64,000 bases of DNA from Gemmatimonadota bacterium (GCA_039588275.1 JBDHAC010000009.1:25883-89882); one strand, 5' to 3'; shown: positions 20,953-31,643, counted from the stretch's first letter. Translations and numbers: made by a program. The notes: generated from the letters alone by a model not told the origin.

Positions 20953-21567
20953 TCAATGCCAGGTGAGCCCCAGGCCGCCCTGGAGCATGGCCAGCATTGC
21001 CCCATCCGTGGCTGGATCTCCGTTGAACTTCAGACCGGCGAACGGTGCCAGGACGAGATTCGCGAACGGGGCCAACGACAGGTTGTCTGCGATCCGAAGC
21101 TCGTATCCGATCCCCGCCTGGCCACCGAAGGTGAGCGCGGTCAGCGCATCGCCGTCCTCTTCGGCGCGGTATCCCACCGCCCCGAGCCCGCCCTTGAGGT
21201 AAAGGGATCCGTCGGGTCGCGTGTACCAGAGCACTACGGCGCCCAGCGAGCCCAGGTATTGGCGGATGCCCTCATCGCCGCGAGTCCAGCCGTCGAACTC
21301 GGCGCCGATCAACAGGCGCGGGCTGAGTGTCCCTCCGAAGCGTACATAGCCGGCGAGTCCCGGCTTCGGGTCGCCGGCGCAGATATCGCAGCTGACCTGG
21401 TCGAAGCCTCCCCCGAAGCCGACTCCCAACCATTGCCCATCCCTTACTGGCGTCGTCTGAGCACGCCCCGGGGCCGATGTGGCGAGGGCGAGGATCCCCC
21501 CCACCGCGACTGCGGTGAGCGATGACCGTCGCGTCCTGCCTCGGGCGTTGCGGTTCGGCGATGGCAT
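20953..21567 (-). CDS. Small outer-membrane beta-barrel protein
   Basis: Signal peptide; alternating Gly/aromatic beta strands; C-terminal GLGLTWH; AGGAG RBS. Confidence 0.72.
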   Translation of the reverse strand: MPSPNRNARGRTRRSSLTAVAVGGILALATSAPGRAQTTPVRDGQWLGVGFGGGFDQVSCDICAGDPKPGLAGYVRFGGTLSPRLLIGAEFDGWTRGDEGIRQYLGSLGAVVLWYTRPDGSLYLKGGLGAVGYRAEEDGDALTALTFGGQAGIGYELRIADNLSLAPFANLVLAPFAGLKFNGDPATDGAMLAMLQGGLGLTWH

Positions 21568-21818
21568 CCGACTCTCCTTACGATTCGCACTGCTCACGGG
21601 CTGCGGACGTCGGCCCTCTCGCGAGCGCGGCGCCCGGGTATAGGGGGTGCCGAGGAGCGAAGAGCGTGCCATTCCGCACGCCCGCCGTAAGTGGGCGTGG
21701 CAGGGGGAGGTAGGGCTCGAGTAGCGGCCGCCCGTACGCGTTACCCGCGCTGGCCGGGCGGTACTCGGTTGCGCAAAGGGCTATTCTTTACAGGGTCGCC
21801 GCGCTCTCGAGCGCCGAG

Positions 21819-22496
21819 TCAGGTTCCCGAAGAGGAGAGAATGGGAGCGCTGACGCCCACGGACACGGCGGCGGCGACCTCGGCCCCCGGCACCTGCCCG
21901 GCGAGCAGATGGTCTTCGGTGACCCAGCGCTCCGTGTTCAGGTCGAAGACCAGGGTCGCCCGCCGATCCGCCGCGATGACCACGGCCTGGTCGAGACGAA
22001 CGTCTACGGTCACGGTGAGCCCCGGCTCGACCGGGAGCGCAGCCGCCCGATCAAGCTCGCTCCCTCCGATCTCCGCACCGGCCTCGAGTGCGGCCACGGC
22101 ATCTCGCAGAACCAGACGGACGTGATGATACGAGCCGGCCAGCAGCTCGCCCGCGAGCGGTGCCGAAGAAGCCGCCTCGTCCTGGAGGGCCACCTGGAGC
22201 GTCGGCGCGCGCGCGGCGACAAGGTACTCGACTCCATCCGAGGAGAGTTGCAGCTCGACGGACACGGCCAAGAAGCCGTGGTAGTAGTCGCCGTCGAACG
22301 ATTTGTGATGAGCTAGCCACGCGAACGGGGCGGGAAGCGCCGCGATCTCGGACGCCGGATTGTCGAGCAGGACCGCGTCGATGGGTCCGGTCTCGATCGG
22401 CCCGGTTCCCTCGCCACATGCGGCTGGCACCAGGCCGAGGAGTACGGTTCCGATCCGGGTGGTGCTTCGGGTGCCTCGTGTTGCGGCACGGCTCAT
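21819..22496 (-). CDS. Lipoprotein, DUF4382-like
   Basis: Lipobox PAAC; LLAGSYHHVRL and LVFDLN motifs; AAGGAG RBS. Confidence 0.55.
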   Translation of the reverse strand: MSRAATRGTRSTTRIGTVLLGLVPAACGEGTGPIETGPIDAVLLDNPASEIAALPAPFAWLAHHKSFDGDYYHGFLAVSVELQLSSDGVEYLVAARAPTLQVALQDEAASSAPLAGELLAGSYHHVRLVLRDAVAALEAGAEIGGSELDRAAALPVEPGLTVTVDVRLDQAVVIAADRRATLVFDLNTERWVTEDHLLAGQVPGAEVAAAVSVGVSAPILSSSGT

Positions 22497-22709
22497 CCTC
22501 TTCTCCTTGCCGGGGACGGATGTTCCAGACTGCTACCGGGCTCGGCGCTCCAGGATCCACGCGCACGACATGAGTGGCGGGAGCGGTACACCTGGCATGG
22601 TGTGTCGGTCGCGGGCGCGGCGGGCGGTGCGAGCGGCCGGTGGACCCTCCTACCTTTCAGCCGATCGACTAGAGCAGACCGCGCCAGCCCCTGGGTCCTC
22701 GTCAGGAGC

Positions 22710-23606
22710 ATGAGCTTGGGCATACCTGTGATCTTCAATCCGTCGGCGGGTACGGGCTTCCCACCCGAGGCGCTCGATCGCCTGCTGAACACGCACCTGC
22801 CCGGCGCGACACTCCACCTCCTGTCCTCCCCCGCCGAGCTGACCGACCGGGTGGAGTGCGCAGTCCGGGCGGGAGATGGGCCGCTCGTCCTGGCCGGTGG
22901 GGATGGGCTGGTGAACCTGGCGGTGAACGCGTTGTCGTCGGATCTGTCGCGAGTCCCGCTCGGTCTGGTGCCTCTGGGTACCGGTAACGATCTCGCTCGC
23001 TCGTTGGGGATCCCGATGGATGCCGCTTCCGCCCTGCGCCTGCTGCAGGGGGCCGCCGAGCGCACCGTGGACGCCGTACGCGTGCATTGGGCCGACGCCC
23101 GGCCGGCCACGCACTTCGTGAACGTCGGGCTCCTCGGGTTCGGCGCGACGATAGAGCTTGGACCCAGTCTCAAGCGGCGCTTGGGAAGTCGGGCCTACAC
23201 GATGGCCGCAATCGGGGAAGTCCGTAGGCTCAAAGCCCACCCCGTGGCGCTCCGATTCGCTGATGAGGCATTGGAGCTCGAGGCATATTTGGTGGCCGTG
23301 GCGAACGGCGCTTTCATGGGCGGCGGCGTGGCAATCGCCCCCGCCGCACGTCTCGACGACGGCCAGCTAGACCTCGTTGTCGTTCCGCGATCAGCTCCAC
23401 ACCGACTCGTGCGGGCCGCAGCGGCCATCCTGCGTGGGCGTCAGCGGTCGGGGCGGGAGGTGATCATGCGCCGATGCAGCGAGGTTTCCGTGGAGGTGCC
23501 CGCGTCTTGGGTCCTCAACGCCGACGGGGAGCAGGTGTCGGGGAGCCCGGCCCGCTTCGAGGTTCTCCCTGCCGCGCTCCGCTTCCGAGTCCCGACCGCT
23601 CCCTGA
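22710..23606 (+). CDS. Diacylglycerol/lipid kinase family (YegS/BmrU-like)
   Basis: IFNPSAG, GGDG, PLGTGNDLARSL, GGG, DDG, NADGE; ATG after AGGAG. Confidence 0.9.
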   Translation: MSLGIPVIFNPSAGTGFPPEALDRLLNTHLPGATLHLLSSPAELTDRVECAVRAGDGPLVLAGGDGLVNLAVNALSSDLSRVPLGLVPLGTGNDLARSLGIPMDAASALRLLQGAAERTVDAVRVHWADARPATHFVNVGLLGFGATIELGPSLKRRLGSRAYTMAAIGEVRRLKAHPVALRFADEALELEAYLVAVANGAFMGGGVAIAPAARLDDGQLDLVVVPRSAPHRLVRAAAAILRGRQRSGREVIMRRCSEVSVEVPASWVLNADGEQVSGSPARFEVLPAALRFRVPTAP

Positions 23607-23781
23607 GAGGGACCTCCAAGCCGCACGCTCGAGGCCTTGGGGGAGACAGCGCGCGGGACAGCCCCCAGGCTGACCGCCGTACCGTCACGAGCCGCCCCGG
23701 CCGCGTATCTTCTTACCGGGATCACGTTGGGCACTCTGTTCTCCCCGGGGCCCGAGGCTCCGGTCGCGGAGGAGCGAATCC

Positions 23782-25596
23782 TTGTCGTCTGTAGGAATCC
23801 ACCCGCCCGGGCCCGATGGCCGGCTGCTGCTATCGGGCGCAGCCGTGCTGGCGAGCATCGTGTTGACTGCGTTCGTGGGCCCCGGAAGCCACTCTCGGAC
23901 CCACACGGCTACGGTTCTCCAGGTGGTTCAACCACAACACGTCGCCCCGGATTCCGGAAGCGTTCTGGGCGGCGTACAGGCGCAGCAGCGCCGCTTCGAG
24001 CGCACCCGACGCCGGCACTTCCCCTACGGCCTCTTGTGGACCGGCCCCTGCGACGAGCGCATCGGCCGCTTCTGCCTCTCGTATGACGAAGATGAGGACT
24101 GGGAGGCGGCCCCCGAACACCCGGACGTGTCGCTTGCCCGAGGCGCACTGCTGGACAGTCTGGACGCCGCGGCCGCCTCGCTACCGGGGGACGCCTGGAT
24201 CCACGGACAACGCGTGCGCTACCGCATCGAGAGCGGCAGCCCACGCGAGGCGTTCGAGGTCGCGGTCTCCTGTCGACTCAAGGCGCGATGGTGGTGCCAC
24301 GCGCTCGCGGGACACGCGCTCCATGCGGCGGGGGACTTCGGCGCCGCGGAGGAGTGGTTCGATCGGGCCCTCGCCAGGATGCCGACCGACGAGAGGTGTC
24401 GCTGGGCCGATCTGGAACCGATCCTCAAGGGCAAGAACCGCGGGCGGTACACCGACGCGCCCTGCGCCGAGAGGATCGACTTCGAGCGCCACTTCTGGAC
24501 TCTCGCAGATCCGCTGTGGCTGACGCCCGGGAACGAGAGACGGACCGAGCACCTCAGCCGCTGGGTGTGGGATCGTCTCCAGCGGGATGCCGATTCGGGG
24601 TACGGTCTGCGCTGGGGCCGTGATCTGCGCGAGATCGTCCTCCGGTTCGGGTGGCCGAGCGGGTGGGATGTCGGGCGCCGCAGGTACCCCGGTCTGCGGA
24701 CCGAGGAGGCCATTCAGGCACACCGCTCGCCCGACGCGCAAGAGTTCACACCACGCGCGGAGTGGATTCACGACTCGGGCCCCTTGGGTTCGGATGCATG
24801 GGAGCTGGATGCGGACCGACCTCGCGCCTCGTGGTCGCCGCCGTATGGGCGGGTTCGGGAGTTGGAGTACCAGCTCGCGCGGTTTCGGCGCGGCGACAGC
24901 GTCCTGGTCGTTGCGGCGATCGATCCGTCGGCCATCGAATCCACGCAGGACTCCAAGGCCTCGTGCCTGCGCGAGGCGGGGCTGTTCATCGCCACCGCCG
25001 AAGGGGTTGGCCGGCGGGCGGTCACCGAGGGGCGGCACAGCTTCCGAATGATCGCGAACCTGGGGCCCCCACCGCGTCCGGGTGCCCGTCGTTTCGTGGG
25101 TGTGGAGACCCGTTGTCTGGACCATGCGGGCGCCGCTCGGGCCCGCTTCGAGCTGGATTCCCGCAGCTCGGAGCGCACGTTGCTGTCGGATCTCCTGCTG
25201 TTCCAGGAGGCGGATCGTCTTCCCGGCACGCTGGATGCAGCAGTGCAATTGGCTTTGGGGTCGCTTAAGTCGCGACCCGAGACGGTTTTGGGCGTGTTTT
25301 GGGAGTGGTACGGCCCGATCTCGGGCTTGGAACCGGTGCAACTGACGCTGACTCTTGTCCGAGAAGGCAAGAGTTTCTGGCGAAGAGCGATCGAATGGAC
25401 GGGGCTCGCGGGACGACGAACGGAATCGGTCGGGCTCAGGTGGGCGGAGCGAATCGCGGGGGATACGCCGGTGGCTCGGTCGGTGCGACTGGAGCTTCCC
25501 GACCTCCCGGAGGGCCGGTACCGCCTGATCCTGGAGGTCCGCTCGCGCCGGACCGGCGCGGTGTCTTCGTCGCGGGAGCTGGTGGTCGAGAGGTGA
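23782..25596 (+). CDS. Exported hypothetical protein with TPR-like and GWxTD-like segments
   Basis: N-terminal hydrophobic stretch; FW..ADPLWLTPGNERRTEH and EIVLRFGWP resemble the GWxTD domain; start uncertain. Confidence 0.55.
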   Translation: MSSVGIHPPGPDGRLLLSGAAVLASIVLTAFVGPGSHSRTHTATVLQVVQPQHVAPDSGSVLGGVQAQQRRFERTRRRHFPYGLLWTGPCDERIGRFCLSYDEDEDWEAAPEHPDVSLARGALLDSLDAAAASLPGDAWIHGQRVRYRIESGSPREAFEVAVSCRLKARWWCHALAGHALHAAGDFGAAEEWFDRALARMPTDERCRWADLEPILKGKNRGRYTDAPCAERIDFERHFWTLADPLWLTPGNERRTEHLSRWVWDRLQRDADSGYGLRWGRDLREIVLRFGWPSGWDVGRRRYPGLRTEEAIQAHRSPDAQEFTPRAEWIHDSGPLGSDAWELDADRPRASWSPPYGRVRELEYQLARFRRGDSVLVVAAIDPSAIESTQDSKASCLREAGLFIATAEGVGRRAVTEGRHSFRMIANLGPPPRPGARRFVGVETRCLDHAGAARARFELDSRSSERTLLSDLLLFQEADRLPGTLDAAVQLALGSLKSRPETVLGVFWEWYGPISGLEPVQLTLTLVREGKSFWRRAIEWTGLAGRRTESVGLRWAERIAGDTPVARSVRLELPDLPEGRYRLILEVRSRRTGAVSSSRELVVER

Positions 25597-25602
25597 AGCC
25601 GA

Positions 25603-28125
25603 ATGAGTGAGGTGCTGGGCTGGGTGCAGGATAACCTCTACGAGAGCGGTGCCTTCGCCGGCTTTCTGGTCGTCGTCCTGCTGCTCTTCTTTCGCGCCCG
25701 CCGCGCGTCACGCACGGCCGCCGAGCACGCCACCCAGGGAAGAGTGCTCGAACAACGACTACAGGCGATCGAGGCCGCCGGTGACGGCATCTTCCTGACC
25801 GCTGGAGGCGAGCGGTGCATCTACGCCAACCAGGCCGCGGCCACCTTGTTCGGGTACGGGGCGCCGAACGAGATGTTCGGAAAGACCTGGCGTCCCTTGT
25901 TCGAGAAGTCCGAGGCGGAGGTCGTCCAGGCGCAGGTACTTCCCGCTCTGCGCTCTTCCGGTCGGTGGGTCGGCTCCCTGCGCGGTAGGGAGCGTGGTGG
26001 TGGCAGGATTCCGCTCGATGTCTCTCTGACGCAGGTGGAGGGCGGGTACGTTTGGGTCGTTCGAAGCCACCAGGAGAAGTCCAGCACGAACGGCGCGGAC
26101 CCGCTGGTCTACGAGTCGCTGGTGCGTCGGGCGGGCACCCCTCTGGTCCTGCTCGACCCGGATCGTCGCGTCGTCGAGTGGAACCCCGAAGCCGAGCGAC
26201 TCCTGGGACAGGACCGGGGCCGCGTGCTGGGAACCGACTTTCTCGCGCAGTTCCCGCAGGACGACCAGGCGCGCGTCGCCGGCGAGCTACGCGACGTGGT
26301 CGAGACCAAGGAACGGGCGAGCTTCGAGGCGCCCGTGCTCTCCGACCCGCGCCGCGTCCTCCTCTGGAACGTGACGCCGGGGTCGGGAGACGGGGAGGGG
26401 CAACTCGTATGCGTCGCGCAGGATGCGAGCTGGGTGAAGGAAGCCGAGCGAGAGCTGGTTCGTCAGGAGAGCCTCTATCGCCTCCTGGCCAACAACAGCA
26501 GCGACCTGGTCGGGCTGCACGATCTCGAGGGTACCTTCACGTACGTAAGCCCCTCATGCACGACTCTGCTGGGCCACGAGCCGGACGATCTGGTGGGGAA
26601 GGACCCCTACCAGTTGAGCCACACCGATGACTGGATGGATGTCCAGGCTTCTCTCGCGTCCGCGCGCTTCGGTCGACTGAACCGGACCCAGCTTCGATTC
26701 CGATCGAGCGAAGGCCAGTACGTATGGTTCGAGATGCTGGTGCGGCCCATCTACGATAACCACGGCGCCGTGGTCCAGCTGCAAACCAGCTCGCGGGACA
26801 TCAGCGAGCGGAAGGCGTTCGAGGACCAGCTGGCGCATCAGGCGCTGCACGAGCCGCTGACCGGGCTTCCGAACCGGAGCCTGTTCATGGACCGCTTGCG
26901 GCACGCCCTCATCCGGGGCAAACGGACCGGTGGCAAGGTCGCCGTGATGTTCATGGACCTGGACCGGTTCAAGATCATCAACGACAGCATGGGTCACGAA
27001 GCGGGTGACCGTCTGATCGCGGCGGTGGCCCGGCGTGTCCGCGCCGTGCTGCGCGAGTCGGACACGGTGGCTCGGCTGGGAGGTGACGAGTTCGGCATCT
27101 TGCTGGAGCACAACATCTCGCAAACCGATGCCGATGTCGTCGCCGAGCGCGTCCTTCAGGAGCTCGAGCCACCCTTCACGTTCTCGGGCCAGGAGATGTA
27201 CATCTCGGCCAGCCTGGGGATCGCTTTCGACAGCCCCGACATCGAGAGTCCCGAAGACCTGCTCCGATACGCGGACGTCGCCATGTATCGGGCCAAGGGT
27301 GACGGCCCCGGGAACTATCGGATCTACGACCCGGCCGTGGACTCGGGGGCGACTGGGCGTCTGGCGATGGAGACCGACCTTCGCCTCGCCATCGAGCGCG
27401 ACCAGCTGTTCGCGTTGTATCAGCCCATCGTCTCTCTAGCCACAGGGAGGATCTCGGGCGTCGAGGCCCTCGTCCGCTGGCAGCACCCCGATCGCGGACT
27501 CGTGGGGCCCGACGAGTTCATCCCTGTCGCCGAGGAAACCGGACTCATCGTTCCGATCGGATACTTCATCGCCCGCCGGGCCTGCGATGCGCTGAAGCTG
27601 TGGCAGGGGGCGGTCGAGGACGGAAGGGAGCTCGTGGTCGCCGTCAACCTGTCGACGCGACAGTTCGAGCAGCCCGACCTGGCGAAGGAGATCCACCGCA
27701 TCGTCGAGGAGACGGGGACCCCGCCCCACTGCTTGCGCCTGGAGATCACCGAGAGCGAGCTGATGCGGGACATGGGCCGCATGGGGGAGCTCAAGGAGCT
27801 GGGTCTCCAGGTGGCGATCGACGACTTCGGGACGGGCTACTCCTCGCTCGCCTACCTGAAGAACATCCAGGCCGACTCGCTCAAGATCGACAAGTCGTTC
27901 GTTTCGGGCCTCGGCGAGAACCCGGAGGACGAAGCCATCGTGCGAACGGTCGTGACGCTCGCCGGCTCTCTGGACCTGGACGTCACCGCCGAGGGAATCG
28001 AGACGGCGGAGCAGCTTCGACTGCTGCGTGAGATCGGGTGCGAGTCGGGCCAGGGGTATTTCTTCGCGAAGCCGCAATCCTCGGATGAGCTGCTGGCGCT
28101 CGTGCAGGAGGACCCGACCTGGTGA
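25603..28125 (+). CDS. Membrane-anchored PAS x3-GGDEF-EAL c-di-GMP enzyme
   Basis: One N-terminal TM; three PAS repeats; DLDRFKIINDSMGH, RESD I-site, GGDEF, EAL and DDFGTGYSS all intact. Confidence 0.95.
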   Translation: MSEVLGWVQDNLYESGAFAGFLVVVLLLFFRARRASRTAAEHATQGRVLEQRLQAIEAAGDGIFLTAGGERCIYANQAAATLFGYGAPNEMFGKTWRPLFEKSEAEVVQAQVLPALRSSGRWVGSLRGRERGGGRIPLDVSLTQVEGGYVWVVRSHQEKSSTNGADPLVYESLVRRAGTPLVLLDPDRRVVEWNPEAERLLGQDRGRVLGTDFLAQFPQDDQARVAGELRDVVETKERASFEAPVLSDPRRVLLWNVTPGSGDGEGQLVCVAQDASWVKEAERELVRQESLYRLLANNSSDLVGLHDLEGTFTYVSPSCTTLLGHEPDDLVGKDPYQLSHTDDWMDVQASLASARFGRLNRTQLRFRSSEGQYVWFEMLVRPIYDNHGAVVQLQTSSRDISERKAFEDQLAHQALHEPLTGLPNRSLFMDRLRHALIRGKRTGGKVAVMFMDLDRFKIINDSMGHEAGDRLIAAVARRVRAVLRESDTVARLGGDEFGILLEHNISQTDADVVAERVLQELEPPFTFSGQEMYISASLGIAFDSPDIESPEDLLRYADVAMYRAKGDGPGNYRIYDPAVDSGATGRLAMETDLRLAIERDQLFALYQPIVSLATGRISGVEALVRWQHPDRGLVGPDEFIPVAEETGLIVPIGYFIARRACDALKLWQGAVEDGRELVVAVNLSTRQFEQPDLAKEIHRIVEETGTPPHCLRLEITESELMRDMGRMGELKELGLQVAIDDFGTGYSSLAYLKNIQADSLKIDKSFVSGLGENPEDEAIVRTVVTLAGSLDLDVTAEGIETAEQLRLLREIGCESGQGYFFAKPQSSDELLALVQEDPTW

Positions 28126-28156
28126 GCGCCTGAGCCCACCCGCGACTCCGTCGCGT

Positions 28157-29329
28157 TCAGCCGGCGATCGCCCCGAGGATCCAGGCGCAACCCAGCGCGG
28201 CGTAGATGCCCAGGACGTACCCGAACACGGCCATCAACAGGCCGACGGGCGCCATCGCGGGGTGGTAGACTCCGGCTACCACCGGGGCCGAGGCGGCGCC
28301 TCCCACGTTCGCCATGCTGCCGGTGGCGAAGAAGAACAGGGGGGCGCGGACGAGCCGGGCGACGAGCAGGAGGATGGCTGCGTGAATGGCGATCCAGAGC
28401 ACGCCGGTGGCCAAGAACAGCGGGGCCTCCAGCACGGCCTTCAGATCCGCCTGCGCACCGATCGCGGTCAGGAGCAGGTACAGCGCGAGATACCCCATAC
28501 GCGACGCTCCCGCGGCTTCGAGCCGTCGGACGGGGGTGAAGGAGAGCGCGAGACCGACCGTCACCACGATGAGAACGGCCCAGGTCGTATGGCTGATGAT
28601 CGTCGGATCCCCGAGGACGGGCAGCGCGTCCCCGAGCGCCAGCGCCGCCACGGCCCCGGCAAACGCGACTCCACCGATCACGGCCGCGTCGCGCAACTCG
28701 AGCGGACGGCGCCCGGCGTCGTACTCGGCCATCCGTTCGTTCGCCTCCTCGATGGCGGCCGTCCGCGCGCGCGTGCGTGCGTCGAAGCGGCTCTGCCAGG
28801 CGCTGAAGAAGAGGAGCACGCCCATCCACCCGTATCCAACGACGGTATCCACGACGATGATGGGTCCCATCATCGCGTCTGGAGTGCCGACGCTTTCAGC
28901 GATCGCGACCATGTTGGCGGTCCCGCCGATCCAGCTGCCGGAGAGCGCCGCGAGGCCCGTCCAGGCGTTCTCGGGCAGGAACGAGCCGAAGGCGAGGAAG
29001 GCGATTGGCCCCCCAACGACGATCCCCACCGTGCCGGCGACGACCATCACGAGGGCCATCACGCCCAACCGCGCGATGCTCTTGAGGTCGATCGTGATCA
29101 TCAAGAGGAGCAGCGCGACAGGGAGGAGGTAACGCACCATCCAATCGTATGTCGGCGACGCTGCCGGTATGATGCCGACCGTGGTCGAGATCGTGGGGAC
29201 GAAATAGGCGTAGATCACGGGGGGCGTAACCCGAAACAGACGTGCGAGCCGAGGTCGTTCGCTGAGCCAGAAGATGAGCGCGAGGACGCCGGCCAGGTAT
29301 CCGAACACCGCCATCGGTTCGCTCAACAT
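28157..29329 (-). CDS. DUF819 family membrane protein
   Basis: GSWIGGTANMVA and GSMANVGGAASAP motifs; multi-TM. Confidence 0.8.
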   Translation of the reverse strand: MLSEPMAVFGYLAGVLALIFWLSERPRLARLFRVTPPVIYAYFVPTISTTVGIIPAASPTYDWMVRYLLPVALLLLMITIDLKSIARLGVMALVMVVAGTVGIVVGGPIAFLAFGSFLPENAWTGLAALSGSWIGGTANMVAIAESVGTPDAMMGPIIVVDTVVGYGWMGVLLFFSAWQSRFDARTRARTAAIEEANERMAEYDAGRRPLELRDAAVIGGVAFAGAVAALALGDALPVLGDPTIISHTTWAVLIVVTVGLALSFTPVRRLEAAGASRMGYLALYLLLTAIGAQADLKAVLEAPLFLATGVLWIAIHAAILLLVARLVRAPLFFFATGSMANVGGAASAPVVAGVYHPAMAPVGLLMAVFGYVLGIYAALGCAWILGAIAG

Positions 29330-29489
29330 GCCCAGGACCTCGGTGCGCCGCGCTCGTGGCTCATATCGATCACTCCCCGTGTACGAGAACGGACGACCCC
29401 TCGCGGCGGTCGCCCCATCGAATCATCGGTCGACCGAACGTGCGGCCTTACCTTGGATCGGGTCAAATGCCGGCCGCCGCGAGCGGGTG

Positions 29490-29515
29490 TGCAACTGCCG
29501 GACTCGAAGGCGTCA
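29490..29515 (+). promoter_or_regulatory. Possible ECF-type autoregulatory promoter (TGCAAC-N15-CGTCA)
   Basis: AAC -35 and CGT -10 cores about 100 nt upstream of the ECF sigma gene; spacer one nt short of typical. Confidence 0.3.
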
Positions 29516-29613
29516 TCTTTATTGAAGAGGGCGTCCCGGGGCGCAGACGTGGGATGTCCAGGCGGGGCCGGCAAGGGTGATCCTTCGCTTCGTGGGAGGG
29601 GCTGGAAACGGTC

Positions 29614-30123
29614 GTGAGCGTCGATTGGGCTGAGCTGTATCGCACGACGTACGAGGACCTCTTCCGGTTTCTCCACTCCAAGGTGTGGGACGCAGAGAGA
29701 GCCCACGATCTCGCGCAGGAGACCTTCGTACGCGCGCTCCGGCACGAGCCCGACCACCCCCGAGCCTGGCTGTTCTCGGTCGCCGCCAACTTGGCGCGCG
29801 ACGAGGCGAGGACGGCCGTGCGGCGCAAGCGGCACCTGGAGCTTCTGCGGAACGAGGCCGCGACCGAGCCGGCCGCCGACCCGGAGGCGACGGGTCGCAT
29901 GGAGCGGGAGGAGCAATCGTTGGCCGTACGCAACGCGCTCGAGCAACTGACCGAGCGGGACCGCGACGTCCTTCTGCTGTGGAACGCCGGCCAGAGCTAC
30001 ACGGAGATTGCGAAGGCGACCGGACTGTCGCCCGGTGCCATCGGCACGACCCTGGCGCGGGCCAGGAAACGGCTTGTAGAAGCCTACGACGGGCTTGAGA
30101 GAGAGAATGTCGCACGGAACTGA
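29614..30123 (+). CDS. ECF RNA polymerase sigma factor
   Basis: AHDLAQETFVRA, WLFSVAANLARD (region 2); SYTEIA...GTTLARARKRL (region 4). Confidence 0.93.
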   Translation: MSVDWAELYRTTYEDLFRFLHSKVWDAERAHDLAQETFVRALRHEPDHPRAWLFSVAANLARDEARTAVRRKRHLELLRNEAATEPAADPEATGRMEREEQSLAVRNALEQLTERDRDVLLLWNAGQSYTEIAKATGLSPGAIGTTLARARKRLVEAYDGLERENVARN

Positions 30124-31564
30124 CGGTGAATTGCACGCCTACCTCGATGGGGCGCTGGGCTCGATCGACCCGGTTCGCGCAGATCGTCTGAAGATCCATC
30201 TCGAGGGGTGCTCGGACTGCACGACACGTCTCGAGGACGCACGCGTGCTACGCGCCCGAGCCGGTGAGATTCTCGCGGACGCGCAGCCCGAGTTCGTCGA
30301 GATACCGCCCTTCGAGGCAATTCTGGAGCGTCGGGCGAAGGGAGCGGTCTCGAGCGGCACGGACGCCCCGGGAGCGGGGGACGGGTCGACACCGATCCCG
30401 TTTCGGCGGTCCCGACCGCCGCTCGCATGGGCCGCCAGCGTCGCCGTCGCGCTCGGGGCCGGTTGGCTGGGTCATGCGTTGTTGTCCGGCACGAGGGTGG
30501 GGGACATGGCGGGCTCACCGATGGCGCAGGCCCCGGCGGTCACGGGTGCGCGCGGGCCGGAGAGCGCCGAGGCGCCGACGCCTGCCGCGAACTTCGGCCT
30601 CGTCGAGGGTGAGGTCGGAGATGTGGCGTCGGAGGCCCAAGAGCTCGCGGCCGCCGGGTCGCTCGACCGGCTCACGGTCACGGAGAGGTCGGACGACGCA
30701 CCGGGCACCTCTGGACGTCAGGCCGACCCCAGGGAGCAGGATCACCTCGAGAACCGCGCCGTAGAGCCGGCCGACGAACTGGATGAAGATGCCGCGCGGG
30801 TCTCAGTCTCAGAGCTTGTGGCGGTCGTTCCCACAGGTGTGGCGCGGGGCGGGGGAGAGCGAGAGAATCAACCGCCGCCGGCCCGGCCGGCGCCGGATGC
30901 GGCAGAGCGGCGCGCGGAGCAACCGGCGGAGCAGCCCGCCGAGGAGCCGCAGCCGTCCCCTGAAGCGGCTCAGGCGCGTGAGCGTCGGGCGGCTGAGGCC
31001 GGGGAAGGAAACGAGACGCTGCGGAACGTGCAAAAGGCCGCGCAGGACGCCGAGGCCGCGCAGGATGCCCAGATCGAGTTGGCGGAGACAGGCGTGGACG
31101 CTCGGGACGAAGAAGCTCGTCGACGCTTTGCCGACGCACGGGGCGAGTACTTCCGAGATGAGTTGACGCTCGACGCCCGCCTCGTTGGAGGACAGCTGTC
31201 CTGGCTCCCGGTGTCACGCGCGCACGCCGAGCATTGGATCGGCGGTCCGGTGCTCGACGTTCCCGGTCTGGCTCCGGCCACCCTGGCCATCTCGACGCTC
31301 GGGGAGGCGCGCCTGGTCCGCGCGGTCCAAACGCTGCCCGGGGGCGAGACGCTGGAGCTCATCCAGGAGGCGCTCGCAACCGACGAGGCGGTTCAGTTGC
31401 GTGAGGCCCCCGGTGCGGCGCCCGCCGCGCCGCCCGGCTTCGAGGCGGACTTCGCGCGGGCTCCGGGCTCTCGCCTGGTCATCGAGCGCGACGGATTCCG
31501 GATCACCGCCCACGCTCAGGTGGCGGTCGACTCGCTCCGAATCCTACTTTCGAGGCTGCGTTAG
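30107..31564 (+). CDS. Zinc-binding (zf-HC2) transmembrane anti-sigma factor
   Basis: LHAYLDG...HLEGCSDC (HxxxCxxC), WAASVAVALGAGW TM, long acidic low-complexity extracytoplasmic region; overlaps the sigma gene. Confidence 0.85.
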   Translation: MSHGTDGELHAYLDGALGSIDPVRADRLKIHLEGCSDCTTRLEDARVLRARAGEILADAQPEFVEIPPFEAILERRAKGAVSSGTDAPGAGDGSTPIPFRRSRPPLAWAASVAVALGAGWLGHALLSGTRVGDMAGSPMAQAPAVTGARGPESAEAPTPAANFGLVEGEVGDVASEAQELAAAGSLDRLTVTERSDDAPGTSGRQADPREQDHLENRAVEPADELDEDAARVSVSELVAVVPTGVARGGGERENQPPPARPAPDAAERRAEQPAEQPAEEPQPSPEAAQARERRAAEAGEGNETLRNVQKAAQDAEAAQDAQIELAETGVDARDEEARRRFADARGEYFRDELTLDARLVGGQLSWLPVSRAHAEHWIGGPVLDVPGLAPATLAISTLGEARLVRAVQTLPGGETLELIQEALATDEAVQLREAPGAAPAAPPGFEADFARAPGSRLVIERDGFRITAHAQVAVDSLRILLSRLR

Positions 31565-31643
31565 CGAGGCCTCCGGCACCGCGGCACGGGGTCGGCAGGC
31601 CGGCTCGAAACCTGTTAGCAGGCCTGCTGAGGGCCGTGGACCC

